Assembly: GCF_004010195.1 (NCBI RefSeq)
Contig: NC_057719.1
Location: 78,911,678 to 78,975,677 of the forward strand
Length of the DNA: 64,000 bases
Direction: 5' to 3'
Origin: Chiloscyllium plagiosum
Lineage: Eukaryota
This document shows positions 62,161 through 64,000 of this stretch, one piece after another. The notes beneath the pieces were generated by a model. The model had not been told where the DNA came from. It saw only the letters and a list, made by a program, of their open reading frames with translations, and did no database searches. A program made the translations under genes and the position numbers. Numbering within the stretch: the stretch's first letter is position 1; each line of letters opens with the position of its first letter.

Positions 62161-63500
62161 GATGAGTCTCAGGATGAGGTGTTAGAGAGGCAGTGGCAGC
62201 AGGAACTCACTGCTCCACAACATTTGAGAAGTGAAGCAATAGTATTTGGGGAGCAGGGAGTGATCCTGCAAATAGAAAGACATGTGTTCCTGGAAAAGAG
62301 TACCACATGTAATCTTTCTGGTAAATAAAGGATATCAATCTAAAGACTTAGGACCTATGGCCAGGCATGTAAAAACAATCAGGGAATGGCATATGCTCAC
62401 AACAGGGGTTTGGGAATCTGGGATGGTAGCTATATTAAAATCCTAGCATGCTGCAACATGACAGGAAATCTGAAGGAAGTCAAGGTAACACCCCAGTGGA
62501 GTATGCCAGTGACAGTGGAGGAAAGTGATCAATATGGTAATGAGCAATTGGATGCATTACCAGCCACTTTGTGGTCACAGCATGATACAGATCTGGGGAG
62601 AGTGAAATCAGCTAGCCCAGGGGAAATAAGGTTGAAACCAGGAGCTAGGACAGGAGTGAAATTTCTGACAAATGAAGTTATCCTAAGGTTAGTTATAACA
62701 TCGGAAATTAGTTCAGACAATGGGTTTGCCTTAATTCAGAAAGTAATTAAGTTGGTGCTGCAATCTTTGAGAATCAAACAGAGGTTTGGGTGCATGTATC
62801 ATCCCAGTCACAGGGTATGGTGGAAAGGATTAATGGGATATTGAAAGCCAAATTAAACAAGATCTGCACAAGCACCAACCTTAATTGGGTTAATGCGCTG
62901 CCGCTGGCACTAATGAGTTATCGCATGCAGACTAATTGCATGACCAATCTAACACCGCATGAGATGCTCACAGGTAGACCTATGCCAGTGCCCAGGTGGA
63001 AAGGCCCATATGAAGGGCCTAGCTTGGAGCGGTTAAGCTTAGAACTTAAGCAATATATGCAGCAGCTAACTGTGATACATGAGACTATCCACCTGCAGGA
63101 AACACAAAGGGAACCGACCCCTCTCAAAGAGGAAGGACCTGTTACACCCAGAGATTGGGTGTACGTGCGGGTTTTTCAAAGATGCTGGAATGAGCCGAGG
63201 AGAGAGGGACCTTTCGTAGAGACTAAAGCATTATCTACCGCCAACCAAGTGGAAGGATGACATATATGATACCACCTTAATCATTGTACTAAAGCTCTTC
63301 CACCAGCACAAACTAACTCTAACACTGAGGTAAGTGGAACTGAGGCTGAAGAACCTGGAAATGGGCAGGGCTCACAGGAGGCTAGTACCCCTCAGCAGGG
63401 TTCCGAACAAGGTACAGGTGAAGTTCTTGGGGATACTGATCATTCCAGAAATGATTGTGATGGAGATGTGGAGCATAGTTCTCCTGGCAGCGAGGATGGG
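62161..63500 (+). pseudogene. ERV pol remnant: post-protease domain and RT N-terminus fused to the integrase core
   Basis: VPHVIFL...KDLGPM; LPATLWSQHDTDLGRVKSASP..IRLKPG joined directly to KFLTNEVI.R...ISSDNG...SQGMVERINGILKAKL...LPLALMSYR...TPHEMLTGRPM...EGPF. Confidence 0.85.
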
Positions 63501-63569
63501 GAAGACATGGGGATGCCCATGATACCCCACGTTTCTGATGCCAGGCCTGCATACTCAGACTTGGAGACC

Positions 63570-64000
63570 ATTAATTTGGCAGACCTGGACTGGTAATGCC
63601 AAGGTCATTCAGGCTGGGAGACAAAGACGTATTAGAAGTGCAGACTTTGCTGCCCTAACATGGGTACGTGCCCGTGACAACAATTGGTATCAATGGGCAA
63701 ACTATACGGCCATAATGATGGCTAGACAGGACTGTTTCTTGTGTACTAGTACCCCTCATACTATGTTGTGCCTATGCCCAAAAACCCGACCACTTGTACT
63801 CAATGCCATTTGCAGCCCTCTAGCCGACCTCTTAATCCGGATGATTCATCAACTTACAGGCAATCTCATTGCCCGTTTTGGTGCCTCCTACTTCAGGTCT
63901 CTACGTTCTATCAGCAGGATGATGTGGGTGACAGCAACTCCAACGATGGTGTGGCTACCAGTAAGACTAATTACATGTTCCCCCTAGTTGCTTTCAGGAT
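63570..64000 (+). pseudogene. ERV env N-terminal remnant, runs off the window
   Basis: RRIR basic site, then DNNWYQWANYTA...DCFLC, resembling the N-terminal W..YTA..C..C pattern of fish ERV env SU. Confidence 0.55.

Overview
Vertebrate genomic DNA, most likely a shark (inferred from HE1/V-SINE-type and Deu-type SINEs plus abundant CR1 and Penelope-like fragments). The only host gene is the 5' part of fibulin-7 (FBLN7) on the minus strand: four coding exons (signal peptide 42587-42522, coiled-coil 14537-14381, sushi/CCP 4776-4606, EGF 274-149) with GT-AG junctions in consistent phase; the gene continues beyond the left edge. The rest is mostly repeats: a ~4.3 kb Tx1-clade LINE, a degenerate Gypsy element, an ~8.3 kb 37-bp minisatellite with higher-order structure, Penelope-like elements with minimal hammerhead ribozyme cores, CR1 LINEs, SINEs, and a rearranged epsilon-like endogenous retrovirus (tRNA-Ser PBS, internal 2.7 kb inversion, RT/RNase H deleted). 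The most notable signal: the Tx1 family sits at the same nucleotide motif (A-run-CAGGAGTG, next to a TATA-like box) of the same Gypsy LTR family at two separate loci, and at one locus three identically 5'-truncated copies plus a micro-insert are stacked with repeated target motifs. This suggests a sequence-specific LINE that parasitises an LTR promoter. All assignments are by eye; no database searches were run.
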